Shown here: positions 8,475 to 18,519 of the stretch, in pieces
How positions within the stretch are numbered: position 1 is the stretch's first letter
Layout: each line of letters begins with the position of its first letter
Virus record (IMG/VR): IMGVR_UViG_3300017649_000014
Location: 1 to 31,122 of that record
From: a virus
Taxonomy: Duplodnaviria > Caudoviricetes
Direction: 5' to 3' (one strand)
DNA length: 31,122 bases
Program-made: the position numbers and the translations under genes
The notes under the pieces: generated by a model
Databases searched by the model: none
Seen by the model: only the letters and a program-made list of their open reading frames with translations
Told to the model about the DNA's origin: nothing

Positions 8475-10836
8475 CCGGCAACTCCTGTGCTACCGAGTGC
8501 AGCGCATAACTGCCTGCGAGCGGCGATTGTGTCCACGTCAATGCGTCTTCGCTGTGCCAAATTGAGCCAGGGCCGCCGCCGGTTGGGCTGCACACCGCGA
8601 TAAACACGTGCCCGTTGTGGAAAAGCCGTCTCACCGCGTGGGAAAGCGTCTGGACAAGCACGAACCCGCTACCGGAATCCGTGCAAATCTGGCCCGCACC
8701 GTTGCCCACGACCCGCTTTCCATTTGCACAAACAATGGCGGAAATTGGGCCGCTGCTAATGGCAGGAAGCGACACTGTAGACAGACCTCCGGCTACGCTC
8801 CATTGCTTCAGAACAGGAGTCGCATCAATGGATGAAGCCTGGCCGCCAATCAGGTAGTGGTCCGGAGCGGCGCCGAAGGCTCCGCCACCACTCATGAATA
8901 CGCCGTGCGCGACTTGGCTAACCCAGCTTTCTCCCGCGTCGTCGGTAGTGAACACATCAACGGTGCTCGCACCTGCGCCAACTAATCCGCCTGCGACATA
9001 GGTCGCTAGCCACGTGAGATTGGTGCCGGGTATGGCCGTATAGGAAGCCCCGCCGTCAGTGCTGCGATAGATTGCCGAACCGGTCGGGCCTGGCAGGCAT
9101 ACCGCGCCATCCAGATAAATGCCATTGCTTCCGCGAGCGACGATGTTGTCAGCGGTTGGGGTCCACGTGACGCCCCCGTTGGTTGTATACGAGGCAGTCG
9201 TGATGGTTGCCAGGCTGAAAGACACGTAGCCGCCTGGAATGCCGACCAGATACGGCCGGATGTTTCCACCGGTTGCAATGGGCGACGCATCCCAGTCAAC
9301 GCCGTCAGGGCCAGGGATGGCAATCAGGTTGACGCCGGATTGCCCGATAAGGAGCATCGGCAGAATCACCGGAATACTGTCCGACAGGTCGTCGTACAGA
9401 CCGTTTTCATCCGTTGCTCGCACAACAAATGAGAACGAGCCGCTTTCGGTTGGCGTGCCGGATAGCACGCCCGTCTGCGACAGCGTTACGCCGGGCGGCA
9501 GCGTTCCTGACCGAAGCGTCACGCGCTTGGCTCCCGTCCCGCCGGTTACCGTGTAGCTGAAGTTATACGCTTGCCCGACACTGCCGCCAGGTGCGTCACC
9601 AGTAATGGATGGGCCTTGCGGCTGCTCCGGAAATCCAGCTGGCTCCGTAATCGGCTGCCCCGTGTCCACTATCAGCTCCAATCGGCTGATGAGCATCCGG
9701 TTTTGGTTGTCCGCCAAGGTTTGAGTTGTGCGCTCGGAGATGATTTCCTCATCGCCCTCCAACACGTAATCCCAGTCCAGTTTCCAAAGCCTGCCGTTCT
9801 GGAAGTCGCCCGCCACCCACTCGTTGTTGATGTAGGTCAGCGTATTGGGGCGCCAGCGGTTGAATCCACAGGACTGGCGGCGATGCCACTGGCCCGACGA
9901 GATGTCGTAGCCCCACGTGAGTCCGTCCGGGAATGTCCAGTAAACGACGAGGTGGCCCGCATCCGTCCACGTCTCGGCAAAGGCGTTTTTCCAATCAAGC
10001 CCTCGGATTGCCTGTTCGATGGGCCTGGTCGAAATGCGCCTTGGGGCGTAGCCCTCCAGGCGATAGAAGATGCCGTCATCCCCCAGCCAGTAGACCGTCT
10101 GGTCAATCACCGCCGTGGTGAAGGTGCCGGCACACCCGCGCTTCTGGGAAATGCGCTTGGCGCGGAATGGCTGCTCTGTTGCACCCGTATTCTCGAAGAA
10201 CTCCATCGAACCCTCGGAGAACAGAACCAATTGGTTCTGTACGCTCTCCAAGGAAACAAGCAGGTCGGGCAGGTATTCAGAGGTAAAGCGGTCGAGCGTG
10301 TTGTACGCCAGCGCGTCGGCCACTTCGGAATTGAATGCAAACCGCCTGCGCGGCTCAATCCCGATGATGTAGCCATCCATGAAGATGACCTTGATGGCGC
10401 CCGGGAATCCTTCGTCTGTGATGCGCTCGAACACCTGGGACTGGGTGTTGAACACGTACCCCGAAGTGCCGTTGACCGTGACCAACTGGTTGCCGGTCGC
10501 CAGCTGGTTGTGCGCCATGCTGCACCGACCAATGCCAGGCACGGTCCCTTGAGGAATTGCAACGCCCGATGCGGTGACCTGGTACAGCGTCTGCCCCATC
10601 ACCGCGAACAGCTTGCCCTCGCAGTTGTGAGTCCGCCGGACGGGCCCGATGGGATTTCCATCTTCCATAACCTGCACGAACGGGCGCAGGCCAGGCGGCG
10701 TTTTCAACATCGTCGGCGTGCGCGTGCCACCCTGCTCCGCAAACACCGGCAGGTAGTTCACCGTGTCCTGGGACGAGAACGGACGGGTTTCGTCCGAGTA
10801 CGACCCGGCCACGATGTCCAGCGCCGCTTGCCTCAT
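8467..10836 (-). CDS. gp10-like packaged-DNA stabilisation/tail hub protein fused to a putative Ig domain and Asp-box propeller-like domain
   Basis: TPGL..DGY..WLGDDG..RISTRPIE..TWGYD gp10 motifs (aa 1-395); SGTLPPGVTLSQTGVLSGTPTESGSFSF Ig motif; STDGGASY and TDDAGESW Asp-boxes. Confidence 0.85.
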   Translation of the reverse strand: MRQAALDIVAGSYSDETRPFSSQDTVNYLPVFAEQGGTRTPTMLKTPPGLRPFVQVMEDGNPIGPVRRTHNCEGKLFAVMGQTLYQVTASGVAIPQGTVPGIGRCSMAHNQLATGNQLVTVNGTSGYVFNTQSQVFERITDEGFPGAIKVIFMDGYIIGIEPRRRFAFNSEVADALAYNTLDRFTSEYLPDLLVSLESVQNQLVLFSEGSMEFFENTGATEQPFRAKRISQKRGCAGTFTTAVIDQTVYWLGDDGIFYRLEGYAPRRISTRPIEQAIRGLDWKNAFAETWTDAGHLVVYWTFPDGLTWGYDISSGQWHRRQSCGFNRWRPNTLTYINNEWVAGDFQNGRLWKLDWDYVLEGDEEIISERTTQTLADNQNRMLISRLELIVDTGQPITEPAGFPEQPQGPSITGDAPGGSVGQAYNFSYTVTGGTGAKRVTLRSGTLPPGVTLSQTGVLSGTPTESGSFSFVVRATDENGLYDDLSDSIPVILPMLLIGQSGVNLIAIPGPDGVDWDASPIATGGNIRPYLVGIPGGYVSFSLATITTASYTTNGGVTWTPTADNIVARGSNGIYLDGAVCLPGPTGSAIYRSTDGGASYTAIPGTNLTWLATYVAGGLVGAGASTVDVFTTDDAGESWVSQVAHGVFMSGGGAFGAAPDHYLIGGQASSIDATPVLKQWSVAGGLSTVSLPAISSGPISAIVCANGKRVVGNGAGQICTDSGSGFVLVQTLSHAVRRLFHNGHVFIAVCSPTGGGPGSIWHSEDALTWTQSPLAGSYALHSVAQELPDE

Positions 10837-11249
10837 CCGACGTACCAGGTGCTTCCGTTGATGGTGCGGTTGGACCAGCCATCAGGCGCGGGGATGTCGA
10901 GGATTGGCTGGATTGGGGTTGCGACCGCCTGATCACGCCGAATCTCGTTCATGAAGTTGCCGGCAGCGGCGGCCACTTCCGGCATGACCGAGACCCCGTA
11001 CTGGGGCGCCAAAGTCATCGCAACGGCGTTCATCACCCCCAGTTCGGCCTCCAGCGGGACCGGCAACGTATCGCCCGGGCTGCTGACGTTCTGCCAGCCT
11101 AGTGACGTCCCGCTCGCCTCCAGACGGGTCATGAATCGGTTCAAGAACCGAATGACCGTTTGCATGTCCGCATCCGATACGGGCTGCACCGGGTTGATGA
11201 CCTGGAGCGCCCCTAGAACGTCCTGGGCGAACTCAGCAACGGTTGTCAT
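10833..11249 (-). CDS. Head-tail adaptor (P22 gp4-like)
   Basis: Size, position immediately before gp10, NAVAMTLAPQYG motif. Confidence 0.75.
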   Translation of the reverse strand: MTTVAEFAQDVLGALQVINPVQPVSDADMQTVIRFLNRFMTRLEASGTSLGWQNVSSPGDTLPVPLEAELGVMNAVAMTLAPQYGVSVMPEVAAAAGNFMNEIRRDQAVATPIQPILDIPAPDGWSNRTINGSTWYVG

Positions 11250-11258
11250 CGGTAGCCC

Positions 11259-11600
11259 TTAGGCAATGATGCCGGCGCTGGTCAGTGAGGAAATCAGAGC
11301 GTTGACCTTGCCTTGCAGCTCAAGCGCGAGGGTGCGCGTCTGGTTGATGGTGGCAATGGCGGTATCACGATTGACCGCGGTATCCCAACCACCTTCAGCG
11401 GTGCCAGTTCCGCCCGCTGGCGCCGGGTTGGCGATGGTGGACCCCGATGCAGTGACCCCGGCCTGCGTGAGAACGCCACCACGCACGGAGTCCGTCGGCG
11501 CGGGCAATTCTAGGTTCTGGTTGATGAGTGAAACGAGTTGCGGAACGCCAATGGTGGCCTTGCCACCGTTTCCGCTGGATGCGTAGAGCTGAATCGACAT
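11259..11600 (-). CDS. Head fibre/decoration-like protein
   Basis: LPAPTDSVRGGV and VNALISSLTSAGII motifs; downstream of coat. Confidence 0.65.
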   Translation of the reverse strand: MSIQLYASSGNGGKATIGVPQLVSLINQNLELPAPTDSVRGGVLTQAGVTASGSTIANPAPAGGTGTAEGGWDTAVNRDTAIATINQTRTLALELQGKVNALISSLTSAGIIA

Positions 11601-11611
11601 TTTGGATTCCC

Positions 11612-11641
11612 AAAAGAAGAGGGGGAGGTTTCCCTCCCCCT
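11612..11641 (-). terminator. Intrinsic terminator after the capsid genes
   Basis: AGGGGGAGG-GAAA-CCTCCCCCT followed by CTTCTTTT. Confidence 0.85.
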
Positions 11642-11647
11642 GCTAGG

Positions 11648-11836
11648 TCAGCCTGCGCTGACGGTCAGGACGCCCGCATTGCTCCACAACTGGCCCGCAA
11701 CCTGCGGGTCGGCGGTGGGCAGGCTGCCGGCAACGACGTACACCGGGCCGGAAAGCACGGTGGGGTTGCCGATGGGGCCAGTGAAGAACGCCGTGTTGGA
11801 ACGGTCGTCAACGTTGGGGTTGTCGTTGGTAGCCAT
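11648..11836 (-). CDS. Small capsid-associated protein
   Basis: AAGGAG SD; LPTADPQVAGQLWSNAGVLTVS motif. Confidence 0.75.
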   Translation of the reverse strand: MATNDNPNVDDRSNTAFFTGPIGNPTVLSGPVYVVAGSLPTADPQVAGQLWSNAGVLTVSAG

Positions 11837-11846
11837 TTCGGTCTCC

Positions 11847-13046
11847 TTATGCCGGGGTCAGGTTGGCCGGGTCATTGGCGACACGGCAGGCCCATTCCGG
11901 ACGCAGGGCACCGAAGCCCCACATGATGTCGAAGCGGGTCATGTTCATGTCGTTGATGGCATCCGAGGCTTCCACGACGCGCATGGAAATGCCCTCGAAC
12001 TGGCGACGGCTGTTCTTCCAGCCGGTCAGCTCGGGCAGGTCCACGGTGACGAAGGCGAACGCCTCGGGGCGGTAAGCCATGTTGATGCCGTAGGTATCGC
12101 CTGCGGTACCCTGCACCACTACGGCTGCGTTGTCGGCCGGCGAAGCAGTGACGTTCTTCTCCGAGCCGGTGGTGACGATGGCCGGATAGATTTGCAGGTT
12201 GCCGGGGCCGCTCAGGTCTTCAGTCACGGTGAACTGCCGCAGGTAGCCAAGGCTCTGCTTGGTCTGCGGATGCACCGCCACGACGCCCGCGAAGGTGACG
12301 ATGTCTCCCTTCAAGAACGTGCCCGAACCGGTGTCGATGGCGATGGACGAGCCGGTCTGGTTGGCGCCGTTCACGGCATACGAGCCGTTCGCGGTGCCGC
12401 GCTGGTGAACCGGAGCCACCGTAGAGGACACCCAATCGAAGCCCGAGGCCCGGCCCATGACGCCCTCTTCGTACTGCACATCAATCTGACGCTGGGCGTT
12501 GAACAGGCCAGACAGCGCCGGGATGATGGTCGTATCCGCAGCGTTGTTGGTGAGCATCTTCTTGGTGCCCTTGCCGCCACCGTTGTCCTCGATGTACTTG
12601 CGGGCAATGTTGGCGTAGGCGAGCTGGGTCCACTGGCCGTCCGGCGTGCCGGTCTGGTTCGGGATGGACTGGTAAGCCAGGTTCTGGACCGCAGCCTCAA
12701 CATTGACCGCCAGGTCGGCGACCTGCTGGCTGAGGTAGCGGCGGTCGAACTCCTCAATGTCCAGCGCAAGTTCGGCACTGGTGTACTGAATGGAGAAGTT
12801 GACCTGATCCTGGATGGTGACCGGGCGAACCAAGGTCTTCATCGGCGCCGGAGTGGCGACGCGACCGTGGTTAATGACCGCGTGCTGCGGAATCGGCACG
12901 CGCAAGGTGTCGCCGATAGCCGGAGCGCCCGTCTGGAAGGACGAGTCGTAAGTGCGCGGGATGGTTTTGGTGAAGGACAGGGCTTCGCTGAAGCGCATCA
13001 GAGCGCGGTCAGCAATCATGTCCGTGGTAAGTAGCTGGTTAGCCAT
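11847..13046 (-). CDS. Major capsid protein (P22 gp5 family)
   Basis: MANQLLT..KGDIVTFAGVVAVHPQTK..RFDIMWG..LRPEWA; strong codon bias. Confidence 0.93.
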   Translation of the reverse strand: MANQLLTTDMIADRALMRFSEALSFTKTIPRTYDSSFQTGAPAIGDTLRVPIPQHAVINHGRVATPAPMKTLVRPVTIQDQVNFSIQYTSAELALDIEEFDRRYLSQQVADLAVNVEAAVQNLAYQSIPNQTGTPDGQWTQLAYANIARKYIEDNGGGKGTKKMLTNNAADTTIIPALSGLFNAQRQIDVQYEEGVMGRASGFDWVSSTVAPVHQRGTANGSYAVNGANQTGSSIAIDTGSGTFLKGDIVTFAGVVAVHPQTKQSLGYLRQFTVTEDLSGPGNLQIYPAIVTTGSEKNVTASPADNAAVVVQGTAGDTYGINMAYRPEAFAFVTVDLPELTGWKNSRRQFEGISMRVVEASDAINDMNMTRFDIMWGFGALRPEWACRVANDPANLTPA

Positions 13047-13065
13047 TTCTAACTCCGAGAAGGGT

Positions 13066-13989
13066 TCAGGACTTGGCCTGCTTCCTCCACTCGGCGATGC
13101 GCTGACTGGTCGTCATTTGGGGGTCTTGGATGTCCACCGAAGGACGACCGGAGCCAGACACCGTCTTGGGAGGCGGCGGGGCTGTGGTGGTCTTCTTCGG
13201 AAGCGCGGGCGCAGGCTTCTCGGGCTGCTTCCCGCTGACTTGTTCGGCAATCTTTGCGACCTCGGCTGCCATGCGAAGCAGCGAGAGCTTGGTCAGCTCT
13301 TGCGCTTTCTCTGGGTTGGACGCCAAGAAATAGGCAATGTCGAGTCCGGACTCTTCGTCACGAATCAACTCCGCTAGCGCCTTGTACTCCGGGTCTTTGT
13401 TGAGCGGCGATGCGACGATGTCGTCCCATGCGCCCTCGCCCACCCGGTCCTCAAACGCTTCGATGCGGGCCTTGAACTTGTCAGCGGCCTCGGCTTGACG
13501 CTTCTTTTCCTCTTCCTCGCGCTGCTTGGCCTCTCGCTGCTGGAGGCGTTGCTCCAGTCGGTATTCGAGAAAGGCGTCTTCGTCGTAGTCGAAGTCGGCC
13601 AGGGTCTTCTTGGTCGGCTGCTCCTGAGCCGGCGTTTCCGGCTTGGCGTCAGGCGACTTGATGACACCCTGGTCAATCAACTCCTTCAGGACTGCGGCGC
13701 GGGTTTCGGCTTCAGTCGTCCGCCGGACCCTTTCCAGTCTTTTCTTCCAAGTGGACTTTCCATGTTTGGGCTGTCCCTCGGAATCCGCCTCTGGCGCGTC
13801 TGTCTCGACCCCTTCCGGGTCGTGGTCGTCGTCGCTTTGCTCGACCTTGGGCACCTCTACCTTCTCCGGCTCCTTGGCCGGTTCTGGCTTGGCTTCCAGG
13901 ATCTTCTTCACGACACTGGTGTCGGTGGATTTCAGCGGCGCAGGCGCGTCCGCCCCCGTGGCCGACGCCACGTTGGTTTCATCAGTCAT
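13066..13989 (-). CDS. Scaffolding protein
   Basis: Charged and helical; IAYFLASNPE..APPP motifs; lies between portal and coat. Confidence 0.85.
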   Translation of the reverse strand: MTDETNVASATGADAPAPLKSTDTSVVKKILEAKPEPAKEPEKVEVPKVEQSDDDHDPEGVETDAPEADSEGQPKHGKSTWKKRLERVRRTTEAETRAAVLKELIDQGVIKSPDAKPETPAQEQPTKKTLADFDYDEDAFLEYRLEQRLQQREAKQREEEEKKRQAEAADKFKARIEAFEDRVGEGAWDDIVASPLNKDPEYKALAELIRDEESGLDIAYFLASNPEKAQELTKLSLLRMAAEVAKIAEQVSGKQPEKPAPALPKKTTTAPPPPKTVSGSGRPSVDIQDPQMTTSQRIAEWRKQAKS

Positions 13990-14003
13990 TGGTCACCTGT
14001 TGG

Positions 14004-16088
14004 TTACTGGGCGCTACCCGGATACGGGTTGGTGAAACCCGGAGGCAGCTCGAAACCGCCCGTTGCCTGACCGGCTTGGGCGGCAGAACGAAGCGCATCC
14101 GCTTGCGTGCGGATGGTTTCTGCTTGCGTCTTCTCGACGGCGGCAGGCGTCTCGGCGAAGATTTGCGCGGTTTCGGCGCGTGTCTTCTCGGTCTGTGCCT
14201 GCTTGAGTTCGGTCTCTGCCACTAGCTTCGGATCCGGCGGGGGTGGTGCCGGCGGCTGCTCTCCTTCACTCGGCTCAAGCAGCCCCTGAGACACCATGAC
14301 CTTGCGGGCCGCCTTCACGTATTCGTCCATGCCAGGCAGGTCCAGCGACTTGATGAGCATGAACATACCCAGCGCACCGAATGGACCCGGCTGTGCCGAC
14401 AACGCCTGTGCGGCCTCTGCCAGTTCCATCCGTGCCGTGTCGTAGGCCTTGCCGACCGTGACCGTCACGTCGAACTTGCCTCGACTCAGGTCGTTCTCAA
14501 TGACAACCTCGCCAGTCTGCTCATCGAGCATTGGCTTGTTGATGCGGACGTACTTCTCCGCGTTGTCTTCGCCCAGGATGCGGATGGACCGCTCGGCGTC
14601 GTAGTAGTGGGGAATGGCATCAACCAGAACTTCGCCCAGGCGCTTCAGCGCCTTGACCTGGTTATCCACGTAAACGAAGTTGGCAATCTCGCCCTCGCTC
14701 TGGCGGGCAAGGATGGCGCGACCACTGGATTCATTCGACTTCGCGCCGATGGAGGCGTCATAGACCCCCAGGTCAGCCTTCAGCTCCTCGGTGGCAATCG
14801 CACTTAGATTCGCCAGTGCCACGGGCAGGACCGGAGGCGGCTCGCGAGTTGGCTTCGCGGTCGGCGCATTCGGGTCCACGTTGTAGAGCAGCACAGGCGC
14901 ATCGTCGTAGCCCATGCGCTCGTAGTACGACTCCAGCCCCTCAATCATCTTCGTCGTGGCGGTTAGCGGGCTGTTGGGCAGCTTCGCAACGACCTCCACC
15001 ATCGTGGACAGCTCGAAGTTGTGAATGGTCTGAGCGTCCCGACCAAACCGGGTCATGCCGGAGTAAATCTGCTCACCGTTGATGCTGATGAGGTCGCCCC
15101 ATTGCGGGACGATGGGAATCATCGAGCCGGCCCACTTGGTCGGCTTCTCCAGTTCGCCCTTACCGTAAACCAGGCACGAGTAGACGCAATCGACCTCGAC
15201 TTCGCGTTCGTTCTTAACCGTGATTGGCGGATGCGCGGGTTGCCCGGTCTGCGGGTCAACTGGCGGGTTGGCCCACTCATCACGGACCGGTTCCCAATCC
15301 TCCTTGTCCACAATCGCGCCATCGGACAGGAGGTAGATGGTCTTGACCTCCTTCTCGACGTACCAGTACTCCGCGATGCGGACCATGTCCTTGAAGAACC
15401 ATTCCTTGTCGTACTCGTCCAGGCTGGACGGCACATCGAAGTCAACGGCCTCCTTGTCCGGCCAGCGCTCCTTGAACTCTTCCTTGGTCACCAGTTCGGT
15501 GACGAACACGAACCGGGCATCGGAGCGGTCGAACTTGCGGGCGGACGGGTCAAACCAGACCGTCAACGGGTCCATCACGTTGACGATGCGCAGGCACTGG
15601 TCAAACGAGTCAGCGCCCTCGTACTCGGCTACCACGCGCAGGACGCCATAGCCGCCACCGCACGCCCACTGGAACGCCGTGTCGTAGGCGTTCTCAGCGG
15701 AGGACTGGACCTCTATGTTCTTGATGAGGCCGTTGTAAATCTCGGCCGTATCTACGTCCGCTTCCTCGACGGCGCGGACCTTGATTTGCGGCTTGTTCTT
15801 TAGCTGCTGACCGGTAACCCGGCGAATGAGCTGCCGGATTCGGTTGAACTCGTAATTGGGCTTGTTGCGGCGCTTGGATGCCAGGTGCCGGTCCCATTGG
15901 TGGCCGGCCACAAACGCAAACTTCATGTCCTCCAGGACGCGGCGGCGCTGCTCGGTGTCAAAGGTGAACGTGTCGTGCGCCCGCTTCAGCATCCGCTGGG
16001 TCCAGGCGTCACGCCCTTCCTTTTTCTTGGGCGCAGCATCCCCCGGCAGGTACGTGGTACCCGCCTTGGATTCCAGCTTTTTTGCCAT
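14004..16088 (-). CDS. Portal protein (P22 gp1-like)
   Basis: GHQW..NRIRQ..DAQTIHN..SGRAILARQ..GKFDVTVTVG motifs. Confidence 0.93.
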   Translation of the reverse strand: MAKKLESKAGTTYLPGDAAPKKKEGRDAWTQRMLKRAHDTFTFDTEQRRRVLEDMKFAFVAGHQWDRHLASKRRNKPNYEFNRIRQLIRRVTGQQLKNKPQIKVRAVEEADVDTAEIYNGLIKNIEVQSSAENAYDTAFQWACGGGYGVLRVVAEYEGADSFDQCLRIVNVMDPLTVWFDPSARKFDRSDARFVFVTELVTKEEFKERWPDKEAVDFDVPSSLDEYDKEWFFKDMVRIAEYWYVEKEVKTIYLLSDGAIVDKEDWEPVRDEWANPPVDPQTGQPAHPPITVKNEREVEVDCVYSCLVYGKGELEKPTKWAGSMIPIVPQWGDLISINGEQIYSGMTRFGRDAQTIHNFELSTMVEVVAKLPNSPLTATTKMIEGLESYYERMGYDDAPVLLYNVDPNAPTAKPTREPPPVLPVALANLSAIATEELKADLGVYDASIGAKSNESSGRAILARQSEGEIANFVYVDNQVKALKRLGEVLVDAIPHYYDAERSIRILGEDNAEKYVRINKPMLDEQTGEVVIENDLSRGKFDVTVTVGKAYDTARMELAEAAQALSAQPGPFGALGMFMLIKSLDLPGMDEYVKAARKVMVSQGLLEPSEGEQPPAPPPPDPKLVAETELKQAQTEKTRAETAQIFAETPAAVEKTQAETIRTQADALRSAAQAGQATGGFELPPGFTNPYPGSAQ

Positions 16089-16089
16089 C

Positions 16090-17382
16090 TCAGCCTTCGT
16101 AGATAGAGGCACGCCGGCCAAAGCCGGAATCGGTGAATTGGGTTGCGAAGTTCAGCTTTGGCACGGCGTCTTCGTTGCTAAGCCGCTCGGCCACGGTCGC
16201 CAGGTAGCGATACGCGTCCGCGCCGTGGCTAAATTCGTCGTGCACCGGGGCGCCTGGCTCGCCCGTATTCACGGGAATGCCGCGCCGGTATCGCCTTAAG
16301 CACTCCATGAGGCGACCTGCGCGGTTGCGGTCGATGTAGGTCTGCGGAAGCGCCATGCGGGCCGAGCGGATGCCAGTCTCGACCGGCTGCTTCGGCACGA
16401 TGTCCACTTCCCACTGAAGCGCCTCCAGCAATTGCTTGGCGCTCTTTCCGGTCTTGTAGTCGCCGTGTGCACCGTCATGCGGAAGCCAGAGCTTGCCCCA
16501 GTTGTAGCGGCGCTCCTTCAACTCGGATGACCACCAGTCCAGCGTCTTGAAGCTGTCTTCCAGATACTCGATGACCCGCAGGGCCGACAGGTGCCGCTGC
16601 GCCAAGATGAGCGACATGCTGTCGTTCCACCCCAAGTCCCAGATGACATGCACCTTGAGTGCCGGATCGTACGGAACTTCGCAGAATCGGCCCGATGCAA
16701 CCATTGCCGTGACTTCATCGGCGTAGATGGCGCCCTCAGCCGCCGCTCGACACTTTCCTTCCCAGATGTTCTCGTAGTCTGCCTTCGGCATCGTGGCCTT
16801 GGCGTGCAACCGCTCCTGCTCAAGCACGGGCGGGAACCACGGGTTGTCTAGGTAGTTAATCTCGATGACCGCAGAGTCGGGAGGCGGCGACACTACAAAC
16901 CGCTTCCACGTCTCGTCCGTATCCAGCTCCGGATTCATGGATATCCAGATTTCCGAGCCGTCCTTTCGGATGGTCGGAACCAGGATGTCCCACGAGCGTT
17001 TGCTGATGGCCTGCGCTTCCTCGCACCACACGATGTCCACGCCCTCGAAGGACTTGATGGACTCGGCGGTCAGGTCCGACAGGCCGGCGAACAGAATCTC
17101 TGTTCCGTTGGCGCCCTTGATGACGGTCGCCTGCACTTCGTAGAACTGACCCAGACCCAAGGCTTGAATCTGGTCGCTAAGCAGCTTGTGAACCGAGTCC
17201 TTGATGGACTTCTGGATTTCGCGGGTGCACAAAATGCGAAGAGGCCTTTCGGCCCCCTTAATCAGCAAAGCTCGGGCAAACCCCCAGCTCTTGGCCCCGC
17301 CTCTACCGCCATACGCCACCTTGTAGCGATGCGGCTGGAAGAGTGGCCTGAGCTTGTCAGGGAACTTGACGGTCTGACTCAT
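16090..17382 (-). CDS. terL: Terminase large subunit (PBSX-type)
   Basis: GGRGGAKS Walker A, WCEEAQ Walker B, WDLG and SHGADA nuclease motifs. Confidence 0.95.
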   Translation of the reverse strand: MSQTVKFPDKLRPLFQPHRYKVAYGGRGGAKSWGFARALLIKGAERPLRILCTREIQKSIKDSVHKLLSDQIQALGLGQFYEVQATVIKGANGTEILFAGLSDLTAESIKSFEGVDIVWCEEAQAISKRSWDILVPTIRKDGSEIWISMNPELDTDETWKRFVVSPPPDSAVIEINYLDNPWFPPVLEQERLHAKATMPKADYENIWEGKCRAAAEGAIYADEVTAMVASGRFCEVPYDPALKVHVIWDLGWNDSMSLILAQRHLSALRVIEYLEDSFKTLDWWSSELKERRYNWGKLWLPHDGAHGDYKTGKSAKQLLEALQWEVDIVPKQPVETGIRSARMALPQTYIDRNRAGRLMECLRRYRRGIPVNTGEPGAPVHDEFSHGADAYRYLATVAERLSNEDAVPKLNFATQFTDSGFGRRASIYEG

Positions 17383-17629
17383 TGGGCCTTTCGAACCCGA
17401 TAACTATCCCGGGTAGCGGGCTATGCGGGTCACTCGCCAGAGTCGTCGGCAGAACTCGGCCAATCAGCGACAGGAACGCAGACGGATTCTTCTCGGCCTG
17501 CTCTGCCAAATAGGACTCGCCTCCGGCCATGTCCAGCGCGCCGAGGATCATCTCTCTAAGCTGCTTGGTCTCTCCGTTGACTGACCCCTTCGGCCTTCCA
17601 GCCCCGGGTCTCGCTCCGCCGCGCGCCAT
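17357..17629 (-). CDS. terS: Terminase small subunit (putative)
   Basis: GGARPGAGRPKGS N-terminus; directly upstream of terL. Confidence 0.75.
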   Translation of the reverse strand: MARGGARPGAGRPKGSVNGETKQLREMILGALDMAGGESYLAEQAEKNPSAFLSLIGRVLPTTLASDPHSPLPGIVIGFERPNESDRQVP

Positions 17630-17650
17630 AGATTCTTTCGATACTTTTTC

Positions 17651-18043
17651 TTAGGGGGCCAGCGCAATCAGGTAGAACGGCCCGTTCGCCAAGTCATAGA
17701 CAGCAGCCGGATAAAGCGGCGCGTCCTTGACTGTGATGTGAAACTCGTAGTTCAGGACGTTCCCCAGATTGGTCTGGACCGTTGCCTTGATGCCGCCCCA
17801 GCCAGCGAAGTTGAAGTTGACACCGACCTTCACACCTTTCTGGTCAACCTCGACCGCCGCATCATGGATAGCCGTCGCCCACGGACTCGTCGCATCCCAG
17901 CGGACCTCGGTAATCAGCTCGTCCGGCTCAAGGGCGCCCCGGAAGTCAACGCGCAGGGTGCGCCGTTGATAGCGTCGAACCCGAAGGGTCTGGACCTGTG
18001 CTGCCCCGTAGTTGGATGCGTACCCTTTAAGGAGCCGACTCAT
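17651..18043 (-). CDS. Hypothetical beta-rich phage protein (adaptor-like)
   Basis: 130-aa ORF, ATGA-coupled to Rz. Confidence 0.65.
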   Translation of the reverse strand: MSRLLKGYASNYGAAQVQTLRVRRYQRRTLRVDFRGALEPDELITEVRWDATSPWATAIHDAAVEVDQKGVKVGVNFNFAGWGGIKATVQTNLGNVLNYEFHITVKDAPLYPAAVYDLANGPFYLIALAP

Positions 18044-18519
18044 CGCCTATCCGCCTCAATCACGGCCTGGCAGGCTCGGAGCTGGGCGTCGGACTCAGCG
18101 CCGACTCGAACAATAGCTGCCGCAATTTCTGCTCCGCGCTGGGCTTGGTCATCACTGATGCTGGCGGAGGCTGCAGTACCGGACAGCTGGGCGGTGTAGA
18201 GCGCGCCGAGTTCGCGGCGCAGCCGGAGGTTGCCAGCACGCAGGTCAGCCACAACGCGGGCGCTTTCAGTTTCGATGGCACGCTTCTCGTCCTCGTACTT
18301 GGCGGCGATGGCCTGGGCTTCCTTGGCCTTGCGCTGCTCGGTGTCTCTGGCGGCCTTCAGCGCATTGACCTCCGCGCGAGCCGAATCTCTCTCCGACTCG
18401 GCCTTGTCGGCGCGGGCATCGGAAATAGCGGAATCCCCACGGAAGTACAGGGCAGCCCCTATTGCGATGACCGCCAGCACCGCGAGTGCGTAGGTGGATA
18501 GGCGCCAGATGGGGTTCAC
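18040..18519 (-). CDS. Rz-like inner-membrane spanin
   Basis: N-terminal TM, coiled coil, LRAGNLRLR and DAQLRACQ motifs; GTGA-coupled start. Confidence 0.9.
   Translation of the reverse strand: MNPIWRLSTYALAVLAVIAIGAALYFRGDSAISDARADKAESERDSARAEVNALKAARDTEQRKAKEAQAIAAKYEDEKRAIETESARVVADLRAGNLRLRRELGALYTAQLSGTAASASISDDQAQRGAEIAAAIVRVGAESDAQLRACQAVIEADRR
18060..18281 (-). CDS. Rz1-like outer-membrane spanin lipoprotein embedded in Rz
   Basis: Signal peptide ending LATSG-C; Pro-rich mature part; alternative frame inside Rz. Confidence 0.8.
   Translation of the reverse strand: MPSKLKAPALWLTCVLATSGCAANSARSTPPSCPVLQPPPASVMTKPSAEQKLRQLLFESALSPTPSSEPARP

Noticed and set aside
9571-13034. Long + strand ORFs (453 and 498 aa)
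   Set aside because: Antisense shadows of gp10 and coat genes, expected in GC-rich codon-biased DNA
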